From Armatimonadota bacterium (GTDB lineage: Bacteria; Armatimonadota; SYMT01), in the NCBI GenBank assembly GCA_041690135.1, contig JAWLHY010000001.1, positions 768,001 through 832,000 of the forward strand: a stretch of 64,000 nucleotides of DNA. Reading direction: 5' to 3'. Positions within the stretch are counted from its first letter, which is position 1. Every line of letters starts with the position of its first letter. Under the pieces are notes generated by a model that did not search any database, was not told where the DNA came from, and saw only the letters and a program-made list of their open reading frames with translations. The translations under genes and the position numbers were made by a program. Positions 18,816-27,643 of this stretch are shown one piece after another.

Positions 18816-21053
18816 ATGAACAATCTCCGTTCTGCACGGCGCATAGGGACAGCGATAGGCCTGCTCGCGGTCGGGTTGATGCTCCCTGCGCTCGCCGACC
18901 GCCCTCTGGGAGAAGCCGACCGCTTCGTGATTCTGGCTGCCGATCAGGCCTTTGCCTACGGCCCCACAGTCGTCAATGGCAATGTAGGGGGGCGCAACCA
19001 GATCTTCGGTCCGTTTACGATCAACGGCAGCCAGGAGTCCGGCGCCTCGCTCGATCCGGTCATCGCCCAGGTGATTGAAGCGCGAGCCGAGGCCGCGGCG
19101 CTCCCAGGCGAGCGACTGCGCAGCAACTTCCTCAGCAACGTGAACGTAGGCGCCGGGCAGGGGGTATTCCCGCCGGGGGTCTATACGTTCCACGGCAAGG
19201 GCGTCATCCGGCCTTCCGGGATCACGCTCCAGGGGACCGGAAACCCGAACGACACCTGGGTGTTCAACTTCACGGATAATCCGAACACAGCGCCCCCCCG
19301 CATCGAGGGATCTCTGGTCATTCAAGACGGTGCCGAAGTCCGGCTGGCCGGTGGCCTCAACACGGTGGCCAACGTCTATTGGAACGTGTCGGGCCCCGTT
19401 GCCGCCGGCAGAAACGTGCGTTTCCGCGGCACGGTGATGGCCGGCCAGAGCCCGGTCATCGGCAACGTGACGTTCGGTCCGAACTGCGAGGTGGTGGGCA
19501 AGCTCATCTCCGTGAATGGGGACGTGAGCACCGAAGCGGGCACGGTCGTTCATGACAGCATCATCGGAAATCCTCCCAGCGTAACGCTCCAACCGGCACA
19601 GACCGCTTACACCGTAAACCCGGGCCAAGCTATCCAGTTCAGCATCTCCGCGACGGATCCGGACCAGGGGGATCTCGTTACGCTTTCGGTCGAGAATGCC
19701 CCTCCGGGCGCTTTGCTGTCCCCGTCCCTGCCGCGGACCGGCAACCCGGCCAATACCACCTTCACCTGGACACCGACCGCCGGCGATACCGGCGCGCGGA
19801 CCGTTACCTTTACGGCGGTGGACAGCAATGGGCTGATCTCGAGCCGGAGCGTCAGCTTCAACACCACGCTGGACCTGCCCAACCCGCCCACGGGTCTGGC
19901 GGCGCAGGTGATCTCCCGGACCGAGATCCGCCTGGCCTGGAATAGCGGCAACCCCGAGGCACTGCCGCATCGAGTGGAGCGGTCCGTGAACGGCGGACCG
20001 TTTGCGGCGGTGGGCGGCGCCGTGCCCGCGGGGACGTACAGCTACAGCGATCTCTCCGTGGGGGCGAACGGGCACTACACGTATCGAGTGCGCGCCGAGA
20101 ACGCTTCCGGGGTATCGGAGCCCAGCAATACCGCCACGGGCATCACGCTGCCGATGGCGCCGATCAACTTCACGCTGGATCCGGTCGCTTCGACGCAGAT
20201 CAATCTCTACTGGCAAGATCCGAACGCCTTCCCCGCGCAAGTGCTGGTGGAACGGTCGCTGGATGCCGGCGGCACCTGGAGTCAGTTGAAACAGGTACCT
20301 GCGGGGCTGAACACTACCTCCGACACGGGTCTCACCCCGAACCGGACCTATTTCTATCGCCTCAAGGCGACGAACGATGTGGGCAACTCCGAGTCAACGG
20401 CGCCCCAGGGGGTGTCCACGACGGGTGGTGGATGTATCGAGCTGACTTCGCCCAACCTCGGAGCGGTGTGGCGGATTGGAACCACGGCGGAGATCACCTG
20501 GAACAGCCAGGAGCCGCACAGCTTCGTCAAGATCGAGATCTCCACGGATGGCGGGCGACGCTGGCGGCCGCTGGCGGCCCGCGTGAAAGACACGGGTTCC
20601 TACCGCCGCAAGATCAACGGTCCTCCCACCTCCACGGCGCGGATCCGCATCACGTCGCTGACGGATAAGACGTGCCAGGATGAGAGCACCGGTAATTTCT
20701 CGATCGCCTATGGCGGCCGGCTTGAGGCGCCCTCCGAACTGGACTTCGGCACCGCCGTAACTCCGAAGGCCGTCAGTAAGTCGATCACGCTGAGGAACAC
20801 GAGTTCGACAGAGTCCCTACAGGTCTCGATCTCGAAAGCCGCCGCTCCGTTCCGGACACCCAGACTGAAGACGATTGTGCTCCAACCGGGCCGGTCGCGA
20901 GTCATCCGGGTGACGTTCCAGCCGCGCAGCGCGGGGAGCTATTCGACGCAGTTGAACCTGGCGAGCAGCGATCCCACGCGACCGAGCCACAGCATCACGC
21001 TGAAGGGGACTGGGGAAGCACGAACGCCGAAGCCGCGAGGCCGGCGCCGCTAA
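18816..21053 (+). CDS. Secreted protein: DUF3494 (ice-binding-like) + Ig-like + two FN3 + Ig-like + ASH/Ig C-terminal domain
   Basis: Signal peptide; DUF3494-like motifs FVILA..GPTVVNGNVG, PPGVYTF, ITLQGTGNPNDTWVFNF, ANVYWNV; ATDPD Ig module; FN3 motifs YTYRVRAEN and GLTPNRTYFYRLKA; LDFG..ITLRN..VTFQP..SSDP..LKGTG. Confidence 0.75.
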   Translation: MNNLRSARRIGTAIGLLAVGLMLPALADRPLGEADRFVILAADQAFAYGPTVVNGNVGGRNQIFGPFTINGSQESGASLDPVIAQVIEARAEAAALPGERLRSNFLSNVNVGAGQGVFPPGVYTFHGKGVIRPSGITLQGTGNPNDTWVFNFTDNPNTAPPRIEGSLVIQDGAEVRLAGGLNTVANVYWNVSGPVAAGRNVRFRGTVMAGQSPVIGNVTFGPNCEVVGKLISVNGDVSTEAGTVVHDSIIGNPPSVTLQPAQTAYTVNPGQAIQFSISATDPDQGDLVTLSVENAPPGALLSPSLPRTGNPANTTFTWTPTAGDTGARTVTFTAVDSNGLISSRSVSFNTTLDLPNPPTGLAAQVISRTEIRLAWNSGNPEALPHRVERSVNGGPFAAVGGAVPAGTYSYSDLSVGANGHYTYRVRAENASGVSEPSNTATGITLPMAPINFTLDPVASTQINLYWQDPNAFPAQVLVERSLDAGGTWSQLKQVPAGLNTTSDTGLTPNRTYFYRLKATNDVGNSESTAPQGVSTTGGGCIELTSPNLGAVWRIGTTAEITWNSQEPHSFVKIEISTDGGRRWRPLAARVKDTGSYRRKINGPPTSTARIRITSLTDKTCQDESTGNFSIAYGGRLEAPSELDFGTAVTPKAVSKSITLRNTSSTESLQVSISKAAAPFRTPRLKTIVLQPGRSRVIRVTFQPRSAGSYSTQLNLASSDPTRPSHSITLKGTGEARTPKPRGRRR

Positions 21054-21286
21054 CCGGCCCCACCTTCCGACGGCCATGCGTCGAAGACCCGGCTCGATCT
21101 TGGTCGTGCCGGGTCTTCGCTGTGACGGGTCCGGAAAATCCGTCGAGGCTTTCCTGGAACAGGATCGCCTTGGGCGGGTGGATGCGAATGCCGATAGAGG
21201 CACAGGAGGAATGTCCGAGAGCCATTTCCGAATAGAGGTCCGTGCACCCTGGGGCACAAGACGGCCCCCTTCGATCGAGAGCAGGC

Positions 21287-21922
21287 ATGAACGTCCTTAT
21301 CGCGGAAGATGATCCGGTGTCCCGGCGTCTCCTGGAAGCTACCCTCACCCGGTGGGGTTACCAGGTGGTGGTAACGGTGGATGGTCGGGATGCCTGGGAC
21401 AAGCTTCAACAGCCGGGTGCCCCCCAACTGGCCATCCTCGACTGGATGATGCCCGGGATGGACGGAGTGCAGGTGTGCCGCAACCTGCGCGGGTTGAAGG
21501 AAACCGAAGGAGTCTACATCATCCTGCTCACCGCCAAGGGGGAGAAGTCGGATATCGTGGCCGGACTGGATGCCGGCGCCAACGACTACGTCACGAAGCC
21601 GTTCGACCGGGAGGAACTGCGCGCCCGCCTGCGAGTGGGGGTGCGAGTGCTGGAACTCCAGGAGAGCCTGGCGCAGCGGGTGCGCGAACTGCAGGCGGCC
21701 CTCCAGCACGTGCGGCAATTGCAGGGCATCCTGCCGATCTGCTGCTACTGTAAGAAGATACGCAACGATCAGAACTACTGGCAGCAAGTAGAAGCTTATA
21801 TCTCCACCCATTCCGATGCGCGGTTCAGCCACGGCATCTGCCCGGACTGCTGGGAAAGCCGCGTAATGCCGGAATTACAGCAGGCCGGCGCGCAGGTAGA
21901 GAAACCGGAGAAGGAGGGTTAA
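21287..21922 (+). CDS. Response regulator receiver with C-terminal Cys-rich domain
   Basis: REC motifs IAEDD, ILDWMMPGMDG, LLTA, GANDYVTKPF; tail LPICCYCKKIR...FSHGICPDC. Confidence 0.9.
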   Translation: MNVLIAEDDPVSRRLLEATLTRWGYQVVVTVDGRDAWDKLQQPGAPQLAILDWMMPGMDGVQVCRNLRGLKETEGVYIILLTAKGEKSDIVAGLDAGANDYVTKPFDREELRARLRVGVRVLELQESLAQRVRELQAALQHVRQLQGILPICCYCKKIRNDQNYWQQVEAYISTHSDARFSHGICPDCWESRVMPELQQAGAQVEKPEKEG

Positions 21923-22020
21923 CTTTACGGCGGCCCCCTTTCGCTGAATGGAGACGGCGAATGGGAGAATGGGAGCAATCTGCCCTGCTTTCACGGGTGC
22001 GTGATCGCCGGGCACTCTTA

Positions 22021-22184
22021 GAGCCTGTCTAAGAAATGGATGAGCGGCCTGCGACTGGCTGCGAACAGGGCATGCGTCGTCGGGCCACCAGGCACGGTCA
22101 TGCTTCGAGAACGAGCCTGGCGTCCCTCCTAGCCTGCCCTGCCCTCGCTCAGTCTCGGCTTCGCTCCCATTCTTAGACAGGCTC
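22021..22184. mobile_element. 164-bp MITE, probably derived from the IS5 family
   Basis: Perfect 15-bp terminal inverted repeats GAGCCTGTCTAAGAA (22021-22035) and TTCTTAGACAGGCTC (22170-22184), flanked by TTA direct repeats (22018-22020, 22185-22187). Confidence 0.8.
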
Positions 22185-22231
22185 TTAGTGCCTTTCCCCA
22201 TCCGGATTGCCGCTCTGTGGCGGCAGAAAGC

Positions 22232-22290
22232 CGGGTAGGTACGGAGCGGCTCTTACATCCAGGGGATGGGAGCTGCTCCGTACCTACCCG
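22232..22290. repeat. 21-bp inverted repeat with GTAG motif (REP-like or bidirectional terminator)
   Basis: CGGGTAGGTACGGAGCGGCTC pairs with GAGCTGCTCCGTACCTACCCG (one G-T pair); lies between convergent genes. Confidence 0.65.
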
Positions 22291-22296
22291 TAACCT

Positions 22297-23262
22297 TTAT
22301 CGGGCGAACTGATCGAACAGCTTGCGGAGGTCCACGGCGCTCGCGTCACCGTCGTGGGCCACCAACCGGTACCGGAGCACCAGGGGCTTTCCGGGCTCGA
22401 TGACGACCGGGGACTGGGCCACGATGCACGGGTTGAGCATATGGATCCCCCGCACCACGTGCCAGGTGGTCGCCGGATTGCCGGGGTGGTTGATGAGGGC
22501 CACACCGTTGGTCCGTCCCTCCGGGGTGCGGTAGGTCATGTCGTACCAGGGTGAGGCGGGCCAGTTGGTCTCGGACCGGGTGTGGACCGAGTTCAGGTAT
22601 TTGGCCTCTCCCTCCGGACCGGAGATGACTTGCGTACCCCGCGGCCGCGCCCGGTAGCAGAAGCCGCCGAATGGGCTTTGCGCAATCGTCACCGGCTTTT
22701 CGGTGGGGGCAGAGAAGCGGTACTCAAAGTCGAGCACGTGAGCTTCCGATACGGTGCCCGCCGAGAGGAGCAAGCGTTCCTCGACGACGGGGCTCTCCCC
22801 GGCCAGCCAGGTGTTGTGCAGATCCAGTCCGGCCCGGCGTCCCTTACGCGAAATCCGGGCTTCCCGGTTGCGAATGACGCAGCCTTCTTTGGGTGCTTTG
22901 GCGCCCCAGCCCCACCAGTCCCCGCGGCGTGCCCCGTCCACCTCGACCCAGGCACAGAACACCCCCCGGTGGTGCCGGTGATCAGCCGGCGCCAGGTCGG
23001 TGACGACTTCCCCCGCCGGGGTGTGGATGGGATGCGTGAAGCAGGTTCCTTCCACCGCGGGCACGGGTTCTCCCGCGGGCAGCTTTCCGCGGACGTAGCG
23101 CAGGACAGGAGCTCCGGACCCGGTCTTAACGGTGAGGAAGTCCTCCCCCATCGCGCTTGTGACCTTCGCATCCGGCTCCTGAGCGTGGAGGCCGGATGCG
23201 GCGAAACCGGAGATTCCCAGCGCAGACGCCTCCAGGAAGTGGCGGCGAGACCAGCGCGTCAT
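22297..23262 (-). CDS. Tat-exported DUF6807/PmoA-like family protein
   Basis: Twin-arginine signal SRRHFL; family-like motifs HPIHTPAGEVVT..P.DHRHHRGVF, GGFCYR, NHPGNP and LVLRYRLVAHDG. Confidence 0.7.
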   Translation of the reverse strand: MTRWSRRHFLEASALGISGFAASGLHAQEPDAKVTSAMGEDFLTVKTGSGAPVLRYVRGKLPAGEPVPAVEGTCFTHPIHTPAGEVVTDLAPADHRHHRGVFCAWVEVDGARRGDWWGWGAKAPKEGCVIRNREARISRKGRRAGLDLHNTWLAGESPVVEERLLLSAGTVSEAHVLDFEYRFSAPTEKPVTIAQSPFGGFCYRARPRGTQVISGPEGEAKYLNSVHTRSETNWPASPWYDMTYRTPEGRTNGVALINHPGNPATTWHVVRGIHMLNPCIVAQSPVVIEPGKPLVLRYRLVAHDGDASAVDLRKLFDQFAR

Positions 23263-23747
23263 GACGATGAATTCCCCTGCTGCTTCCATTCGTCCGGAAT
23301 GTTCGGGTCGGTGTCTCCGTAGGAGAGCTGGATCAGGTTGAGCTGTCCCTGCGCGTAGCCGCAGACCAGCGGCAGCCACCAGATCATCTCGCCAATGGTG
23401 ACGGGGGCACCCCACGGGGCGGTGTAGGTTCGGTCGAAGTCTTCCTCCGAGACCCCGCCCAGCGCCGAGGCAAGGGTCCGGAGAGCACTGTCGACCAACT
23501 CCTTGGCGGCCTCGCGGGTTTCCGGCGCCGGCGGCATCTGGCGTCCGGCTGGTGGCTCGCCCCGCAAAAGGCCGGCAAAGAAGCCGGCGTAGGTCGCGAT
23601 CTTCCCGGCCACTTGGAGCGGGGTTGGCGCTTCTCCGCCCGGGCTCCAGTTAAGGCGGTCGTCGGGGGTGCGGTCGAGCCCGAAGAGGAAGCGGGTCCGG
23701 GCCATCTCCACGTTCTTAATGAGGTCGTTAATACGGGCGCTGGCCAT
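23259..23747 (-). CDS. DinB-like four-helix protein
   Basis: TPDDRLNWSP motif, PWG..T and C-terminal GQL..I pattern; the usual His ligands are not evident. Confidence 0.6.
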   Translation of the reverse strand: MASARINDLIKNVEMARTRFLFGLDRTPDDRLNWSPGGEAPTPLQVAGKIATYAGFFAGLLRGEPPAGRQMPPAPETREAAKELVDSALRTLASALGGVSEEDFDRTYTAPWGAPVTIGEMIWWLPLVCGYAQGQLNLIQLSYGDTDPNIPDEWKQQGNSSS

Positions 23748-23751
23748 GGGG

Positions 23752-24525
23752 TTAAGCTCCGAAGGCGTTACTGATGATCTTGAGGTTATGGTCGTGCTTC
23801 CAGGCTTCCATTTTCCACCAGTCCTTCATATCGTCCGGGACCGGCACTTCCTGCTTGATCTCCTCCAGGCTCTTGCCGGCCTGCGCCAGCGCCGGGACGC
23901 GGGCCAGCAGGTCGTCCAGGTAGGCGAGCCAGCGGCGGATGTGTTCGGGCCGGGCCACGGGGCCGTGCCCGACGATCAGCGTGTCGGCGTCGTACTCCAG
24001 GACCCGTGCCAGGCGCTGCTTCAGGAGGTCGATCTTGCCCTGATCATACTTCACCAGCGGAATCATTCCCCATCCGAAGAGGTCGGAGATGTGGAGCACG
24101 CGCGCCCACGGGAAGTAGATCACCGTGTCCCACGGGGTATGCGTGCCGCCCAGCCATTCCATTTTGACCTGGCGTTCCGATCCGGAGACCGTGTGCGTGT
24201 CCTGGAAGGTGACGTCGGGCTGGACCACGTCCTTCCCGGACTCATGAACTACCACTGTGGCGCCCAGTTTCCTCCAGGCCTCGTTGAAGCCGATGTGATC
24301 CGGGTGGCAGTGCGTGTACAGCAGCCACTTCAGCGGCTTTCCGGTGGTGGCCTGGATGTCTTGGGGGATCTGCTGCTCCATCGGACCGTCGTCGGCCGGA
24401 TCGAGCGAGTCGATCACGGCGACGCTGTCGCCCAGGTCCGCCCAGGCGGCGTTATCGACCATGTTGCGGATCCAGACGCCCGGACCCACCTCGAATACTT
24501 CGTTCTCACGGAATTCGATAGCCAT
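23752..24525 (-). CDS. MBL-fold metallo-hydrolase
   Basis: THCHPDHIG, HT..D, SDL and VGHG motifs; start chosen at MAIEFRENEV. Confidence 0.85.
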   Translation of the reverse strand: MAIEFRENEVFEVGPGVWIRNMVDNAAWADLGDSVAVIDSLDPADDGPMEQQIPQDIQATTGKPLKWLLYTHCHPDHIGFNEAWRKLGATVVVHESGKDVVQPDVTFQDTHTVSGSERQVKMEWLGGTHTPWDTVIYFPWARVLHISDLFGWGMIPLVKYDQGKIDLLKQRLARVLEYDADTLIVGHGPVARPEHIRRWLAYLDDLLARVPALAQAGKSLEEIKQEVPVPDDMKDWWKMEAWKHDHNLKIISNAFGA

Positions 24526-24613
24526 TGAATTCTCCCGTAGCGATTGCCTCGCAAGGGCGTGCGCCCCGCTCTGATTCACTTCCGCGGTCCGGCATCCCTT
24601 CCCCGGACGCAAC

Positions 24614-24644
24614 AGAAAAGGGGCGGCCCCGAAGGACCGCCCCT
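24614..24644 (-). terminator. Terminator after the Gfo/Idh/MocA gene pair
   Basis: Minus strand reads AGGGGCGGTCC-TTCG-GGGCCGCCCCT followed by TTTCT. Confidence 0.75.
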
Positions 24645-24668
24645 CCCGATTCGATGCGGCGCGGACGT

Positions 24669-25973
24669 TTAGCCGGCCTTCAGCTTCATCGACTTCGGAT
24701 CGAACGTGAGGCACTTGTTCTCGCGGTAGGCGCGCTCCGCCATCGCGATCGTCAACTGCACGCGAGCTCCCAGTTCCGCATCGCAGTTCGTGGCCTTGCG
24801 CGACCGGATGCAGTCGAAGAAGTTCTGGTGGTGCGGCTCGATCCGCTCCCCGCCGATGTTGATGGTCTCGGCGTCGATCTCGTCGGCGAACGGGCGCTCC
24901 GGCCGCAGCTCGAGGCGGTTGCCGCCCAGGAGGATGGAGCCCTTCTGGCCGCGGATCACGTCCTCGAGACCGTACTGGTTCTCCGTGCTACCGGCGAGGA
25001 TGACGGAGAACGGTCCCTTCGGCCCCATGAAGTCGACGTTCACGAACACCACGTCGGCCACGTCTCGGTCCTTGTGGGAGCGCGGGTTGTACTGGCCGCC
25101 GTTGGAGGTGACGCGGACCGGCCAGGCCAGGCCCAGCGACTTCATCAGCGGGTGGAAGCGGTGCGGGAACAGGTCGGAAACGATGCCCGTGCTGTAGTCC
25201 CAGTACTTGCGCCAGCGGAAGAAGCGCTCCGGATCGAAGGCCCGCTTCGGGGCGGGGCCAAGGAACGCCTGCCAGTCCAGGTTGGACGGGTTCGCTTCCT
25301 TCTCGACGCCGTAGTTCCACTCGCCGCCGGGGTTGTTGCGGCAGTAGCTGCCCTGGGCCCAGAGGATGGTACCGATCTTGCCCTGGTCGATGAGTTCACC
25401 GGCTTTAGCCCACTTCGGATCGGAGCAGCCCTGGGAGCCGACCTGGACGATCCGCTTGGTCTTCTTGGCCACTTCGAGGAACTTGAGGGCCTCGTCGGCG
25501 TAGCGGGTCATCGGCTTCTCGACGTAGATGTCCTTACCGGCTTCCATCGCCTCGATGCCCTGGATGGCGTGCCAGTGCTCGGGGGTGCTGATGAAGACCG
25601 CGTCGACATCCTTGTCTTCCAGCAACTTGCGGTAGTCCTTGTAGACCTTGTTGTCCGCGAACTGGTGCTTGGAGCGGCAGTTGTCGATGTAGCCCTGATA
25701 GATGTCGCAGAGGGCGACGTTCTCGATGTTGTACTCGACCTTCTTGCCGGCGAGCTGGGTCAGGTGGTAAAGACCGCGGCCCGTGGCGTGGCGACCTACC
25801 CCGATATAGCCGACGTTGATCCGGTCGTTGGCGCCGATCACGCGCCCAGGAGCCACGGCGAACGCCGCGCTCGGCTTCCATCCGGCAGCCGCGGCCGCGG
25901 CCGCGCTGGCGATGCTGGCCTGCTTCACAAACGTGCGGCGAGACACGCTCTGGCCGTTGTTGTTCTCTTCCAT
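24669..25973 (-). CDS. Tat-exported Gfo/Idh/MocA oxidoreductase
   Basis: SRRTFVK signal, GANDRINVGYIGVG, ISTPEHWH, YVEKP, VQVGSQ and WRKYWDYSTG. Confidence 0.92.
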   Translation of the reverse strand: MEENNNGQSVSRRTFVKQASIASAAAAAAAGWKPSAAFAVAPGRVIGANDRINVGYIGVGRHATGRGLYHLTQLAGKKVEYNIENVALCDIYQGYIDNCRSKHQFADNKVYKDYRKLLEDKDVDAVFISTPEHWHAIQGIEAMEAGKDIYVEKPMTRYADEALKFLEVAKKTKRIVQVGSQGCSDPKWAKAGELIDQGKIGTILWAQGSYCRNNPGGEWNYGVEKEANPSNLDWQAFLGPAPKRAFDPERFFRWRKYWDYSTGIVSDLFPHRFHPLMKSLGLAWPVRVTSNGGQYNPRSHKDRDVADVVFVNVDFMGPKGPFSVILAGSTENQYGLEDVIRGQKGSILLGGNRLELRPERPFADEIDAETINIGGERIEPHHQNFFDCIRSRKATNCDAELGARVQLTIAMAERAYRENKCLTFDPKSMKLKAG

Positions 25974-26004
25974 GGGACGTGCTTTCTCCTATTCGCGGGC
26001 TCGA

Positions 26005-27339
26005 TCAACCGAGACCGAACCACTCTTTCTGGAACGTGATCTTGGTGCCCTGCAGAACGGCTTCGTTCGCTTTGACGGCCGTCACCACTGCCTGGTACCC
26101 CTGCAGCGCGCCGCATTCGGGCTTCTTCTCGGGATCGCGGATGCTGTTCAGGAAGGCTTCGCACGAGAAGTAGAGGGCATTCTTTCCCGGGTCGGAGTTT
26201 TGTTTCTCCTTGCCGGGGATCTTCCCCTCCGCCAACTGCTTGGAGGCGTCGGCCACCAGGCAGATACCGGTCTCGGCGCCGTACTCTTCCTTCCGGGCGT
26301 ACACTTCCCACCCGAGGAGCGGCGCGTCGGCTTCTTTGAAAAGCCAGGCGCGCTCGTCACGGAGGACGACCGCGGAATCGGTCCCTCCGAAGACTTCATA
26401 CTGACCTTCGTAAGAGTTCGTCAGCGTCGCGGAATAATGGAAGCGCACGCCGCCGGGATACTCCAGGATGCACTGGACGGTGTCGGGGATGTTCCGGTTG
26501 TCCTTGTAGAGGAGCTGCGATCCGAAGCCCATCACGGAGACCGGTCGCGCCTTGAGGAACCAGTTGGCCACGTCGAGCGTGTGGATGCCCACTTCCCCGA
26601 GGAGACCGGCAGCCTTTTCGCGATCCAACCGCCAGTTGATCTCGCGCTCGCGCTCGTTGTTCGGCGCGGTGCGGTACCAACTGTCCTTCTTGTGCCACTG
26701 GCCGCGACCGTAAGTCATATTGCCCAGCACGGCCGACGCAATGAAGGCCTGCACGTGGTGGTGCTGGGGATTGGCCCGTGACTGCTGCCCTACCTGGAAC
26801 ACCTGTGCGGAGCCCTTGCCGGCGAGCGCGATGGCCTTGGCTTCTTCGATGGTGTGGGCCAGGGGCGCCTCGACATAGACGTGCTTTCCGGCCTGGATGG
26901 CGGCGAGCGTCACGTCCTTGTGCTGATGCGTGGGCGTGGCGATGAAGACCGCCTGCACGTCCTTGCGGTCCAGGAGGGCGCGGTAGTCCGTGAGGGGTTC
27001 CGCCTTCGGCGCGGCGGATTTGCTCCGGTTGAGGAACGGCTGGTAGGTATCGCAAATTGCCACCAGGTTCGCACCCGGCAGGCGCCCCAGTGCGGCCATG
27101 ATCGCACGGCCCTGCAGCCCCAGGCCGATCACGGCACAGTTGACCGTGGGAGGCGGCGGGTCTTTCGGCTTCGCCTCCGCGGTCGCTTTCGGCTTGGCCG
27201 GCGCAGCGGGCTTGGCGGGCGCCTTCGGCTTATTGGCCTGGGCGAGCGCTTCCGTCGCGCCGACCGTCAGCAGCGCACCGGCGCTGCCGGACAGAAAGCC
27301 TCTGCGGCTTACGACTTCTGCGTCTTTGGTCTTATCCAT
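26005..27339 (-). CDS. Tat-exported Gfo/Idh/MocA oxidoreductase with EAP in place of EKP
   Basis: SRRGFL signal, IGLGLQG, IATPTHQH, HVYVEAP, FQVGQQ and GEVGIHTLD. Confidence 0.9.
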   Translation of the reverse strand: MDKTKDAEVVSRRGFLSGSAGALLTVGATEALAQANKPKAPAKPAAPAKPKATAEAKPKDPPPPTVNCAVIGLGLQGRAIMAALGRLPGANLVAICDTYQPFLNRSKSAAPKAEPLTDYRALLDRKDVQAVFIATPTHQHKDVTLAAIQAGKHVYVEAPLAHTIEEAKAIALAGKGSAQVFQVGQQSRANPQHHHVQAFIASAVLGNMTYGRGQWHKKDSWYRTAPNNEREREINWRLDREKAAGLLGEVGIHTLDVANWFLKARPVSVMGFGSQLLYKDNRNIPDTVQCILEYPGGVRFHYSATLTNSYEGQYEVFGGTDSAVVLRDERAWLFKEADAPLLGWEVYARKEEYGAETGICLVADASKQLAEGKIPGKEKQNSDPGKNALYFSCEAFLNSIRDPEKKPECGALQGYQAVVTAVKANEAVLQGTKITFQKEWFGLG

Positions 27340-27643
27340 CCGGTGGAGAACTCCTAAACAAACCACGCGTCGGGAGAAAATACGCCGGGGGTTCCAACCA
27401 ATATACTTTCGGCGCGAGCGGACGCGGTTCCTGCTGGAAAGGGAGACAGCAAACTTGCAGTACCCGCCTGAATGGCGAGTTACAGGTTGCCTTCAATTAT
27501 AGCGCGCGGAGCACCGCCCTGCATGCGGAGCATTTGCTGAGGATCACATGCGTGCCTGTGGGAGCAGGGGTTGTCGCCGTGAACTGCGAACCGTAATTCG
27601 GCAGGGGCCGCAGGCGGCTACCAGAAAGCGGAAGGGGCAGGCG

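Noticed and set aside
24525-26039. 504-aa plus-strand ORF
   Set aside because: Shadow of the Gfo/Idh/MocA gene.
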